Assembly: GCA_022573225.1 (NCBI GenBank)
Contig: JACZUI010000004.1
Span: 3,381 to 67,380, forward strand
Direction: 5' to 3'
Origin: Acidobacteriota bacterium
Lineage (GTDB): Bacteria; Actinomycetota; Acidimicrobiia; Spongiisociales; ZC4RG35
Length of the DNA: 64,000 nucleotides
Below the pieces are notes generated by a model. It made no database searches, was not told the DNA's origin, and was given only the letters and a program-made list of their open reading frames with translations. The position numbers were made by a program, and so were the translations under genes. Positions 29,489 through 38,532 of the stretch are shown piece after piece. Positions within the stretch are counted from its first letter, which is position 1; every line of letters starts with the position of its first letter.

Positions 29489-30745
29489 ATGAAGTGGTCT
29501 AAGCGTGGAGTGGTTATTGTGGTTCTGGGTCTCGTTATCGCTGCCTGCGGTGGGGCAGCCACCGGGTCGTCACCGACCACAGTGCCCGCAACGGCAAGCA
29601 CTGATGCCAATGCCGACACGAACACGACCCGGGCACCGGATGCTTCCAAGTCGGGCAGCGAGCTTCTGCCGGAGCAGGAGATCCCTGATCTCCTCCGTCA
29701 CCTGACCACCGTCTGGGAGACCGACTTCTCCAGAGCCACCGTGGATCTCAACGAGATCCTGGTCGGCATACCCGCGTTGGATCCCCGGGATCTGATACGA
29801 CCCATTGATGATCCTGTCTTCCGGCCCGTCGCCGAAACAACCTGGCTGACCGACCAGGACCCCGGCTTGGCTCTCGAGATCGACGGGGACGCCCGCTTCT
29901 ACCCGCTCGCCGTCCTCACCCGGCACGAGATCGCCAACGACGAGGTCGGCGGGATACCCGTTGCTGTCACCTATTGCCCGCTCTGCAATACCGGCATCGT
30001 GTTCGACCGTCGGTTCGAGGGCCAGATTCTGCGACTTGGTGTCTCCGGGCTCCTCAGGAACTCCGATCTGGTGATGTGGGACGACGCGACCACCTCTCTG
30101 TGGCAGCAGATAACCGGCCGAGGGATCGTCGGCACTTACGCCGGTGAACAACTCCAGACGATCGGATCCGCCATCGTCAGATGGGCCGACTTTGCGGTTG
30201 CCTACCCAGATGGCCAGGCGATGAGCGAAGACCAGGGGTTCGGGATCAGGTACGGCACGAACCCCTATACGGGGTACTCGTCACGACCGGCGCCTTACCC
30301 GTTCTTCAGGGGCGAGCTCGACGACCGCTACCCGGCATTGGAGCGCGTGGTCGGGGTGACACTGGACGAGGCATCCAAGGCCTACCCGTTTTCCGAAATC
30401 GAGAAAGTTAAAGTGGTGAATGACATAGTGGCGAACCAGCCAGTCGTGGTGTTCTGGGGTGCGAGCGACACCGCCGATGCGCTGGATTCCTCCCGGATCT
30501 CAGAGGCGCAAGGCATCGGCACCGGCATCGCCTACTCACCTGTGGTCGGCGGCCAGACTCTGACCTTCGAGGTGATAGGCGACATCGAGTTTCGTGACAT
30601 CGAGACCGGAACCACCTGGTCGATTCTGGGCAAGGCGCTCGAAGGCGAGCTCGCCGGTGAGGCGCTGGAACTACTACCACACCGCAACGAGTTCTGGTTT
30701 GCCTGGCACGCCTTCTTCCCCGACGCGGACGTCTGGCAGGGCTGA
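29489..30745 (+). CDS. DUF3179 domain lipoprotein
   Basis: Lipobox IAAC; HEIAND, TYCPLC, GVSGLL.NSDLVMWD..T.SLWQQ, FWFAW. Confidence 0.88.
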   Translation: MKWSKRGVVIVVLGLVIAACGGAATGSSPTTVPATASTDANADTNTTRAPDASKSGSELLPEQEIPDLLRHLTTVWETDFSRATVDLNEILVGIPALDPRDLIRPIDDPVFRPVAETTWLTDQDPGLALEIDGDARFYPLAVLTRHEIANDEVGGIPVAVTYCPLCNTGIVFDRRFEGQILRLGVSGLLRNSDLVMWDDATTSLWQQITGRGIVGTYAGEQLQTIGSAIVRWADFAVAYPDGQAMSEDQGFGIRYGTNPYTGYSSRPAPYPFFRGELDDRYPALERVVGVTLDEASKAYPFSEIEKVKVVNDIVANQPVVVFWGASDTADALDSSRISEAQGIGTGIAYSPVVGGQTLTFEVIGDIEFRDIETGTTWSILGKALEGELAGEALELLPHRNEFWFAWHAFFPDADVWQG

Positions 30746-30997
30746 TCAGGCGGTTATCAACGTCCCGATCGCCCACAAGAGGAACAGACCGATCGCCATC
30801 AGGAGAACGGGCGCTGTCCTCCGCCAGTTGAGAAAGGACCAGGCACCGATCACAACAAGAAGGATGGACATGGTTGCGGTCCACCACGCGGGCACCAGTC
30901 CGGCAACGGCTCCTCCCACGATCAGGACGGCGATCACAACGAGAAAGCCCCCGGCCACAAGCGAGTAGAGGACCTGTCTCGGAGTTGGCTCGCTCAT
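30746..30997 (-). CDS. Small hypothetical membrane protein (3 TM)
   Basis: 83-aa hydrophobic ORF with ATGA overlap to mug. Confidence 0.65.
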   Translation of the reverse strand: MSEPTPRQVLYSLVAGGFLVVIAVLIVGGAVAGLVPAWWTATMSILLVVIGAWSFLNWRRTAPVLLMAIGLFLLWAIGTLITA

Positions 30998-31563
30998 TTG
31001 ACCCCGGCGGCGTCTGCCACGTCCGTGTGCCATCGCGCCAGCGACTCGACAGTCTCGTGGGCATTGAGACCACTTGGGTTGGGGATCACCCACAACTCCG
31101 AACCAGCGAGGGGCTGGCGCTGGAGACCCAGAGATGCGAGAGGTTCTCCAAAGGCCGTCCGGTAGGCGGTCACCCCGGCAACGGCGACCACCACCGGATG
31201 AAGCTGTTCAACCAACGCTCTCAGGCGAGTACAGCCGACGACCAGTTCGGTCTCAGTGAGCTCCGAGGCCCTCACGGTCGCCCGGGAGACGAGGTTGGTG
31301 ATTCCCATGCCTTTTCCGGTGAACTCGGCTCGCTGGTCATCGGACATCCCAACAGAAGTGTCTACCTCCAACTCAATCAGACCTGCCTCGCGCAGCGCCG
31401 GATAGAAGCGGTTGGACGGATGACAGAAGTGAGTCCCCGTCGCGGCGGTCCAAAGGCCGGGATTGATTCCCACGAAGAGCAACCGGGTATCGGATCCGAT
31501 CAGGTCGGGAACCGTCTTGTCGCGAAAGGACTCGAGGTACTCGCGAGTGAAGACGGGAGGCAT
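30994..31563 (-). CDS. mug: G/U mismatch-specific DNA glycosylase
   Basis: FVGINPG, NRFY, GITNLV.RAT, PNPSGLNA. Confidence 0.9.
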   Translation of the reverse strand: MPPVFTREYLESFRDKTVPDLIGSDTRLLFVGINPGLWTAATGTHFCHPSNRFYPALREAGLIELEVDTSVGMSDDQRAEFTGKGMGITNLVSRATVRASELTETELVVGCTRLRALVEQLHPVVVAVAGVTAYRTAFGEPLASLGLQRQPLAGSELWVIPNPSGLNAHETVESLARWHTDVADAAGVK

Positions 31564-31574
31564 CTCCCGGAGTG

Positions 31575-32189
31575 CTACTTCTTCTGACTCTCGTAGTAGG
31601 GATTGTCCCCGGAGGCGTGGTCGGTCACGTCGACCACCTGGGTCAAGTCAGGGATCGACTCGAGAATGATCTTCTCGATGCCCTGCTTCAGGGTCACCTC
31701 CGCCAGCCCACAACCCTGACATCCGCCGGAGAGCCGCAGATAGGCGATGGTCCCATCGACAGAGACCAGTTCCGCACCCCCGCCATGTGCGGCGATCGCC
31801 GGGTTCACTTGTTGGGTGAGAACCTGCTCCACTCGTTCGACCAGAGGACCCGTCAAGTCGCCACTGGGCGCCGACATCTCGGGAGGAGCCGGGCTGTTCG
31901 GATTGTTCATCGCCAGGCCCTCTTCGGTCAGGTCCAACGAGGAGCCTTCCAGCTTCTCTGCGTCCTCCGCCGGAAAGATGATGGCAAGTCCCTCGTAGCG
32001 CTCCTCGACCCAACCCTCCTTCTTGTCGGCCAGGGCTACGAAGGCCAGCTCATAGGTGAACTGGGGCCCGCTGAAACCTGTCACCTCGATGGACAGGGCA
32101 AACTCGTCGTCGCCGGGTTCCTGATCGCGCAGCTTGCGGACCATATCGAGCGCATCGGGCGCAATACTCAAAACCGTGGGTTCGGACAT
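31575..32189 (-). CDS. nfuA: Fe-S biogenesis protein NfuA
   Basis: Degenerate A-type carrier N-domain plus NifU domain INP.IAAHGG-like..GGCQGC..DVTDHASGDNPYY. Confidence 0.88.
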   Translation of the reverse strand: MSEPTVLSIAPDALDMVRKLRDQEPGDDEFALSIEVTGFSGPQFTYELAFVALADKKEGWVEERYEGLAIIFPAEDAEKLEGSSLDLTEEGLAMNNPNSPAPPEMSAPSGDLTGPLVERVEQVLTQQVNPAIAAHGGGAELVSVDGTIAYLRLSGGCQGCGLAEVTLKQGIEKIILESIPDLTQVVDVTDHASGDNPYYESQKK

Positions 32190-32225
32190 CTGCAAGGATG
32201 GTAACCGACCCTTTGGACCAACCCA

Positions 32226-33425
32226 ATGCCGACCGCCGTAGTCATCCTCCCCAGCACGACCTATCGGGCCACCGACTTCGTCAAAGCCGCCGAAAGTCTT
32301 GGCGTCGATCTCATCGTCGCGTCCGAGAACCCTCCGCCGCTCGACATGGGAGACCGATACCTTCAGATCGACTGTTCCGACCCCGATGGGGCATCTGAGG
32401 CGATCATCGCCCTGGGCGATCGCATGGAGATAGACGGTGTGGTGGCTGCCGATGACGCGGGTGTGGTGGTCGCCGCCCTGGCATCGGAGAAGCTGGGCCT
32501 TCTCGGCAACGGTCCCGAGCCCGCCGCGGCTACCCGCGACAAGGGTGCCCAGCGCAATCTGATGGAGATCGCCGAGATCCCCCAGCCTCGATTCAGCGAG
32601 TTGAGCCCGAATGCTCCCCCTGGTGACGCCGTAATCGGACTCACCTTCCCCGTCATCATCAAGCCTCTCGATCGATCGGCCGGCCAGGGTGTGATCCGGG
32701 CCGACAACATCGAAGAACTAGAAGTCAGGACCAAGGAGGTGCGCGGGATTGTCGGGGCCGACGCACCGCTCCTGATCGAGGAGTTCATCTCAGGAGACGA
32801 AATAGCCCTGGAAGGGATTGTCACCGACGGAGAGCTCACGACGCTGGCCATCTTCGACAAGCCCGGGGCCAGCGAGGGACCGATGTTCCAAGAGACCATT
32901 TTGGTAACCCCATCGCGGCTGAGCCCGGATCGCCAAGCCGAATCCGAGAGGGTTGCCTCCAGTGCCCTCCGGGCCATCGGCATAGAGCACGGGCCGGTGC
33001 ACGTAGAGATGAAAGTCGACCAAGATCGAGTCAGCATCATCGAGGTAGCCGCCCGGTCGATCGGAGGCCTCTGCTCGCAGAGTCTGAACTTCGGTCTCAT
33101 GGGGACCAGCCTCGAGACCCTGATCCTGAGAAACACCCTCGGCCTCGACAAGCCCGAACTCAAGCGGGAGCCGATAGCCACCGGAGTCTTGATGATCCCG
33201 ATCCCACGCGGCGGCGTATTCGGTCAAGTGAGCAACATCGATGCGCTTCGCGAGATCCCCGGTGTCACCGGGATAGACATCACCGTCACACCAGGCAACC
33301 GGATCGATCCGCCTCCCGTCGGAGATCGCTACCTCGGCTTCGTTTTCGCCCGCGCCGACAGTCCTGAAGAGGTCACCAAGAGCCTCATCTCGGCGCGTGA
33401 CCTGGTAGAAGTTGAAATCTCATGA
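32226..33425 (+). CDS. ATP-grasp domain protein, substrate unknown
   Basis: RDK, PVIIKP...GQGV, LIEEFI.G.E, HVE, IIEVAAR..GG. Confidence 0.85.
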   Translation: MPTAVVILPSTTYRATDFVKAAESLGVDLIVASENPPPLDMGDRYLQIDCSDPDGASEAIIALGDRMEIDGVVAADDAGVVVAALASEKLGLLGNGPEPAAATRDKGAQRNLMEIAEIPQPRFSELSPNAPPGDAVIGLTFPVIIKPLDRSAGQGVIRADNIEELEVRTKEVRGIVGADAPLLIEEFISGDEIALEGIVTDGELTTLAIFDKPGASEGPMFQETILVTPSRLSPDRQAESERVASSALRAIGIEHGPVHVEMKVDQDRVSIIEVAARSIGGLCSQSLNFGLMGTSLETLILRNTLGLDKPELKREPIATGVLMIPIPRGGVFGQVSNIDALREIPGVTGIDITVTPGNRIDPPPVGDRYLGFVFARADSPEEVTKSLISARDLVEVEIS

Positions 33426-33476
33426 GGGTCCCAGCCATTCTGCCGGTGGCCCACATCTTCATCCACCACCAGGTAA

Positions 33477-33507
33477 AACCTACCTTAAAGCTCTACTTGA
33501 GGGTCAC
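33477..33507 (-). promoter_or_regulatory. Putative MerR-family promoter/operator
   Basis: Minus strand GTGACC-N19-TAGGTT with an imperfect dyad ACCCTCAAG-N5-CTTTAAGGT inside. Confidence 0.45.
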
Positions 33508-33546
33508 TTCTTACCCGCGCCAACGCGTGTAAGACGATTTTGTCAT

Positions 33547-34188
33547 TTGGCCATCGAAACGATCCTCATGTTCACCGGCGGCGACCCACCAGGACCCGAG
33601 ATCGTCGACGACCTGCCCGCGGCTGATCTGATCATCGCCGCCGACGGCGGATACGACTCGGCTGCCGAGCTCGGATTCGGCGTGGATGTCCTGGTCGGTG
33701 ACCTCGACTCGATAGCGGCGACTTCGATCCCCGACCATGTGATCGTGGAGAGGCATCCCGCCGACAAGGACCAGACCGATCTCGAACTGGCGCTCGAACT
33801 GGCAATCAGGGAGGACCCGTCAAGACTGGTTGTCGTCAGTGGCGCCGGCGGTCGACATGACCACGAGTTGGCGACGGCAGCGCTCCTTTGTTCTCGCCGT
33901 TGGGAGCGGATCGACGAGCTCGACTGGCTGTCAAGCCGGAGCCGGGCTCACGTTGTCAGGGGGAGACGGATCCTCCACGGCGACATCGGATCAATCCTGA
34001 GCCTGATTCCTGCTGCTGAAGCCGCATCAGGAATCACGACCAAGGGCCTCAAGTGGAATCTCACCGATGAGACTCTTCTCTACGGTGAGACCCGAGGGGT
34101 GAGCAATGTGATGACGTCGCCGGTCGCCGATATTCGCGTCGCCTCGGGATGTCTCATGGTCGTGCTTCCGTTCGGGTTTCAGCCGTAG
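33547..34188 (+). CDS. thiN: Thiamine diphosphokinase
   Basis: IAADGG, VGDLDS, DKDQTDLELAL, GGRHDH, GLKW.L, RGVSN. Confidence 0.92.
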   Translation: MAIETILMFTGGDPPGPEIVDDLPAADLIIAADGGYDSAAELGFGVDVLVGDLDSIAATSIPDHVIVERHPADKDQTDLELALELAIREDPSRLVVVSGAGGRHDHELATAALLCSRRWERIDELDWLSSRSRAHVVRGRRILHGDIGSILSLIPAAEAASGITTKGLKWNLTDETLLYGETRGVSNVMTSPVADIRVASGCLMVVLPFGFQP

Positions 34189-35711
34189 AGCCCGGTTCCA
34201 ATCGCTGGATCCAGCGCGGTGAAACCCGCTAGGTAGCTGTCCCGCTCCTCCTTGAGGCGTTCGACACGATCCCGATACCCCTCGCCCCGATCCTGTCGCT
34301 CATAGAGTCGAAGGGGTTGGAGCAGCTCGTTATCGTCGATTCCCGGCACCGAAACCGCGATGTCGTAACCAAAATCAGGGTCATTCACCCAATCGATGGT
34401 CCCCTCGACGATTCCCTGAACCATCGCCGAGGTATCCCGAATCCGAACCTTCTTCGACCCTTCGCCTTCACCGCCAACGCGGCCGGTGTTGAGGACGAAG
34501 GCTTCCAGATCAGGAGTGGCTTCGAGGAGCTCCAGAAGCCGGTTTCCCTGCCAGGCGTCATCGTTGAAAAAGAAAGGGTTGGTGCCCGGCACCCGCAGGC
34601 TCTTGCCCTCCTCGGCAGCTCCGCCGGCAGACGTTCCTTTGGTCTCGCCCAGCATGAAGTAGGCCGGGATCTGGGCAGCCTTGAGCCTGGCGACTCCGGG
34701 GATGATGTGGTCCGAGCGGTTCAGGATCAGCAAGTATCGGGCGGGTGGCACGTCACTTGGGTCACGATGACGAATGTTGGCGAGGGGAAAGGTAGATCTC
34801 CCATTTGCCGTGTAATCGGTGTCGAAGAAGTCCACACGGCCGCTGCCATCGACCGAGACATTCTCGAGCCAGGCGTCAGGCCGGGCGGTGCCGCCGTAAA
34901 TCGTGGGCTCGTCATCGGGATCGAGTCCGAACGTCTTGGCAAAACAGCCCGCCTCGGTGGTGAAGACCCCTCCACCAGGCATCAGTGCGACGAAGTCGTC
35001 CTGAACCGGCAGCGAACCGGCCTGCTGGCGAAACGTTGTGGTGGTCTTGCCGGTGCCGGACAACCCGATGATGAGCATCGACTCCTCAACCCCGCTGCGG
35101 GTCGACTCGGCGGGATAGGTCTTGAGCCCGGCATGGAGGGCCAGGCCCCCACGGTCGTAGACGACCTTGTTCCACATCCGCAGACCGCCCATCTTCGACT
35201 CACCGAAGTAGTCGGAGCCAAACACTCGAGTCACCCACTTGTCGTGGTCGACGATGATCAGCCGATCGTCGGGTTTGTCGGGAGCCGGAAGTGTCGGCGT
35301 GTAGATGACGGTGAACTCAGGGGTGAAATCGTTGCCGGGGGGGAAATACAGCTGCTGCTGCATGGCAGCGATATTTGGCTGCGAAGCCTCGATGAAAAGC
35401 CGGCAACCGGTACGGAAGTCGACATCCGGGCCGATGTAGCCCTCGATGAGAATCATGTCCCGTTGGGCGATGTGCTCGTCCTGAAGCCTGGACCAACGAT
35501 CGGCCTCTTCGCGTGAGATCCGGTTCTGATGGATCTCATCCTCTGCAACGAAGAACGTGGAGTTCTTGAGACGGGCCGTTACCTCGGCCTGATAATTCAG
35601 GTTGTTGAACTCGGTCTCGGTAACGCGGGGCATCACGTCAAGTGCCATTTCGCGCAGTCGCGACTGACTCGGGTTTCTCTCAACAGTCGCGGCTGCGGGC
35701 AACGTGAACAT
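34179..35711 (-). CDS. pckA: Phosphoenolpyruvate carboxykinase (ATP), divergent short type
   Basis: YFGESK, LHAG, GLSGTGKTT, QDD, EAGCFAKT, LENV, NGRSTF, LNTG. Confidence 0.85.
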   Translation of the reverse strand: MFTLPAAATVERNPSQSRLREMALDVMPRVTETEFNNLNYQAEVTARLKNSTFFVAEDEIHQNRISREEADRWSRLQDEHIAQRDMILIEGYIGPDVDFRTGCRLFIEASQPNIAAMQQQLYFPPGNDFTPEFTVIYTPTLPAPDKPDDRLIIVDHDKWVTRVFGSDYFGESKMGGLRMWNKVVYDRGGLALHAGLKTYPAESTRSGVEESMLIIGLSGTGKTTTTFRQQAGSLPVQDDFVALMPGGGVFTTEAGCFAKTFGLDPDDEPTIYGGTARPDAWLENVSVDGSGRVDFFDTDYTANGRSTFPLANIRHRDPSDVPPARYLLILNRSDHIIPGVARLKAAQIPAYFMLGETKGTSAGGAAEEGKSLRVPGTNPFFFNDDAWQGNRLLELLEATPDLEAFVLNTGRVGGEGEGSKKVRIRDTSAMVQGIVEGTIDWVNDPDFGYDIAVSVPGIDDNELLQPLRLYERQDRGEGYRDRVERLKEERDSYLAGFTALDPAIGTGLYG

Positions 35712-35764
35712 CTGGCTTCTCTCACCCCTCTGAAGTGAAGGCGGCAGGGTAATCGGCCACTGGG

Positions 35765-36718
35765 CTACTCACGAAGCGGGTAGGCAGCGGGCATCGGCCT
35801 TCCGAGCAAGCCGGCTATGAGATTCTCGACTGCAAGGGCAGCCATGTCCGCCCTCGCCCGAGTGGATGCACTCCCGATGTGGGGCACGACAAGACAGTTG
35901 GAAAGACCAAGCAGCGGGTGATCAGACGGCAGCGGTTCCGGCTCGGTCACATCGAGAGCCGCTCCGGCGATCCCACCAGACTCGAGGGCAGACACAAGGG
36001 CATCGGTGTCGATCAGCCCTCCCCTGGCGACGTTGACGAGGTACGCCTCGGGACGCATCAGACCGAGGGCTTCGGCATCGATCAGGTGATAGGTGTCGTC
36101 GACAAGAGGAGCCGCGAGCACCACAGCATCGGACCGAGCCAGCAGTTCGTCCATCTCGACCCTCTCCGACCCTGCAACGTTCTTCTCGGAAGGCGCGGCA
36201 TAAAGCACCCTCATCTCGAATCCCGCCGCCCGCTTGGCCACAGCCGTGCCGATTCGCCCCATGCCCACGATCCCGATGGTCATCTGGTACAACTCACGGC
36301 CCAACATCTCCCAGGGGTCCCATGGCCCCCATCTGCCCTCCCTGACGACGGCTGCGCCCTCGGGCAAACGACGTGCCACGGATGCCAACAAGGCAAAGGC
36401 CGTGTCGGCGACTGCGTTGGTGAGAACACCCGGAGTGTGCCCAACCTGAATGCGCCGCGCCGCACACGCGACAAGATCGATGTTGTCGACCCCAACGGCC
36501 ATCTGCGAGACAACCCGAAGCTCGGGTGAAGCCGCCAACACCCCGGCATCGACCGGGGTCGTGAGCATTGTGAGTATCCCATCACAGCCGGCCACCTCGC
36601 GAACAAGCCTGTGACGAGGGATGGGCCCTGGTCCCGGCCAGATCGAGAGTTCAGCAATATCAGACAGCGGCTCAACGATCGGTTCTGGGATCTCGTTGCA
36701 GACAAATACTCGATGCAT
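35765..36718 (-). CDS. D-isomer-specific 2-hydroxyacid (glyoxylate/glycerate) dehydrogenase
   Basis: AVGVDNID, GMGRIG, NVARG, LDVTEPEP, PHIGSA. Confidence 0.92.
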   Translation of the reverse strand: MHRVFVCNEIPEPIVEPLSDIAELSIWPGPGPIPRHRLVREVAGCDGILTMLTTPVDAGVLAASPELRVVSQMAVGVDNIDLVACAARRIQVGHTPGVLTNAVADTAFALLASVARRLPEGAAVVREGRWGPWDPWEMLGRELYQMTIGIVGMGRIGTAVAKRAAGFEMRVLYAAPSEKNVAGSERVEMDELLARSDAVVLAAPLVDDTYHLIDAEALGLMRPEAYLVNVARGGLIDTDALVSALESGGIAGAALDVTEPEPLPSDHPLLGLSNCLVVPHIGSASTRARADMAALAVENLIAGLLGRPMPAAYPLRE

Positions 36719-36771
36719 CAGACGAGGCTAAACAATGCGACAGTTCCGCAGTGCGAGGCCGATATTGTTGG

Positions 36772-37590
36772 ATGGTGATACGACCATCCCGAGTCCTCGT
36801 TCTTCTGGTCTTCCTGGTCGCCGCCTGTGGCGGTGAACCGGTCGCGAGCCCCGGCACGACCACCACCACATCGCCGCCTGCCCCGACGACGACGTCGACG
36901 TCGACCAGTTTCCCGGTCGAAGTCGAAGTCGAGTCCGTCCCGGACGACCGGCCGATCTTTCAAGGGCTCAGCGCAATGACCGTTCCTGAGGGAACGACCC
37001 TCGTGGCAATGGCCTCGGGTGAAGTAGAGGTGTATGAGAGCCCGGGGGACACAACCCCCATTCATGTGCTCCCCGCAGAGACGATCTTGGGGACCGTGAC
37101 GGTGCTCAGCATCGTGCAGGGGCCCATCGACGGTTGGGCAGAGGTTCTCCTCCCTGTTCGCCCCAACGATGCGACGGGGTGGATCGACACCAGCGAGATG
37201 TCGATGTTCGTCGTCGAAGGACGGGTCGTAATCAACCTCTCAGAGCGAAGTCTCATCTACTTCGAGAATGAGGAGGTCGTTCTGGAAACGGCCATCGCAA
37301 TTGGCACCAACCGCAACCCGACGCCAACCGGCAGTTTCTTCGTCACCGACACTGTGACGCTGGCAGATCCAAACAGCCCATGGGGCCCCCACGCCTTCGG
37401 CCTATCCGCGCGATCGGACACGATCACCGAGTACAACGGTGGCGACGGCATCATCGGGATTCACGGGACGAATCGCCCGAGCTCAGTTGGCCAAGCGGCT
37501 TCGCTCGGTTGTATCAGACTGCCCAACGACGTCATCACCCAACTGCACGAGAGGATTCCGATCGGGACACCGGTCGAGATCGTCGCCTAA
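36772..37590 (+). CDS. L,D-transpeptidase lipoprotein (YkuD domain)
   Basis: Lipobox VAAC, Thr-rich linker, PTPTG.F, IGIHGT..SLGCIR. Confidence 0.9.
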   Translation: MVIRPSRVLVLLVFLVAACGGEPVASPGTTTTTSPPAPTTTSTSTSFPVEVEVESVPDDRPIFQGLSAMTVPEGTTLVAMASGEVEVYESPGDTTPIHVLPAETILGTVTVLSIVQGPIDGWAEVLLPVRPNDATGWIDTSEMSMFVVEGRVVINLSERSLIYFENEEVVLETAIAIGTNRNPTPTGSFFVTDTVTLADPNSPWGPHAFGLSARSDTITEYNGGDGIIGIHGTNRPSSVGQAASLGCIRLPNDVITQLHERIPIGTPVEIVA

Positions 37591-37678
37591 AGGCGAGATC
37601 GTCGCCTAAAGGCGAGATCGTCGCCTAGTACTGCCGAAGGCGAGAGCCTTGCTATCGCCCGAGAGCCTTGCTATCGCC
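37575..37678. repeat. Two adjacent 19-bp tandem repeats over convergent stop codons
   Basis: CGAGATCGTCGCCTAAAGG at 37575, 37594 and 37613 (partial); CGAGAGCCTTGCTATCGCC at 37641 and 37660. Confidence 0.9.
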
Positions 37679-38528
37679 GCGTAATCACCGCATTCGTGAT
37701 GACCGGCAGACCACGCTCCTGGGTTTCCGCCACCACGAGAACGCGATCCCCCTCGTCCCAGATTCGGGACACGATCGTCTCCCCCGGGAACACATGGCCC
37801 GAGAACCGGCTCCGATAGGAGGCGATATCGCCGGCTTGACCTTCAAAGACGCTGTCTGCGACCGCCTTGGCGACGATCCCATAGGTACAAAGCCCATGCA
37901 GGATGGGACGCTCATATCCGGCGAATGCGGCAAACCCCGGGTCGGCATGGAGCGGGTTCTTGTCCCCCGAGGAGATACGGTAGAGCAGCGCCTGCTGGGG
38001 CAGCGTCGCCGACTGGACGACGTGCTCCGGCTCCCGATCTGGGATTTCGATGGATGTCGAGGGACCGCTGTCGCCGCCAAATCCCCCTTCGCCCTTGATG
38101 TAGATCGACGACCGGTTGGTGAACAACGGCTCTCCCGTGCTCTCGAGACGAGAGACGATCTCCATCACGACCAATGCGCCCTTGCCCTTATCGAATATGT
38201 TGGTGACGGTCCCCTCGTTGGTCACCGCCCCGCTTGTCGGGATTCGATCATGGAGGATCGTCTCCTGCTCGCCGTGTAGAACCTGGGCCAGGTTGATGTC
38301 CAGCCCGTCCACGAAGGCGAAACTCATCATCATCTCGAATGGCGGGATCGTCGCGTAGGTGGGCAATACCTGGAGGTCGCCCTCGTACACATATCGAAGC
38401 TCGTCGGGGTCGACCGGATCCGATCCGGCTCCGATGCCAAGGTGATAGAGGATCACGTCGTCATCGGTCCAGGAATAAACCGGCCCCTCCAGGGTGGCGC
38501 CAAGTGCCTTCTCGATGTCGATAGGCAT
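37671..38528 (-). CDS. MaoC-like (R)-enoyl-CoA hydratase 2
   Basis: YR.SSGDKNPLHADP..A...PILHGLCTYG hydratase-2 motif. Confidence 0.9.
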   Translation of the reverse strand: MPIDIEKALGATLEGPVYSWTDDDVILYHLGIGAGSDPVDPDELRYVYEGDLQVLPTYATIPPFEMMMSFAFVDGLDINLAQVLHGEQETILHDRIPTSGAVTNEGTVTNIFDKGKGALVVMEIVSRLESTGEPLFTNRSSIYIKGEGGFGGDSGPSTSIEIPDREPEHVVQSATLPQQALLYRISSGDKNPLHADPGFAAFAGYERPILHGLCTYGIVAKAVADSVFEGQAGDIASYRSRFSGHVFPGETIVSRIWDEGDRVLVVAETQERGLPVITNAVITRR

Positions 38529-38532
38529 TGGT

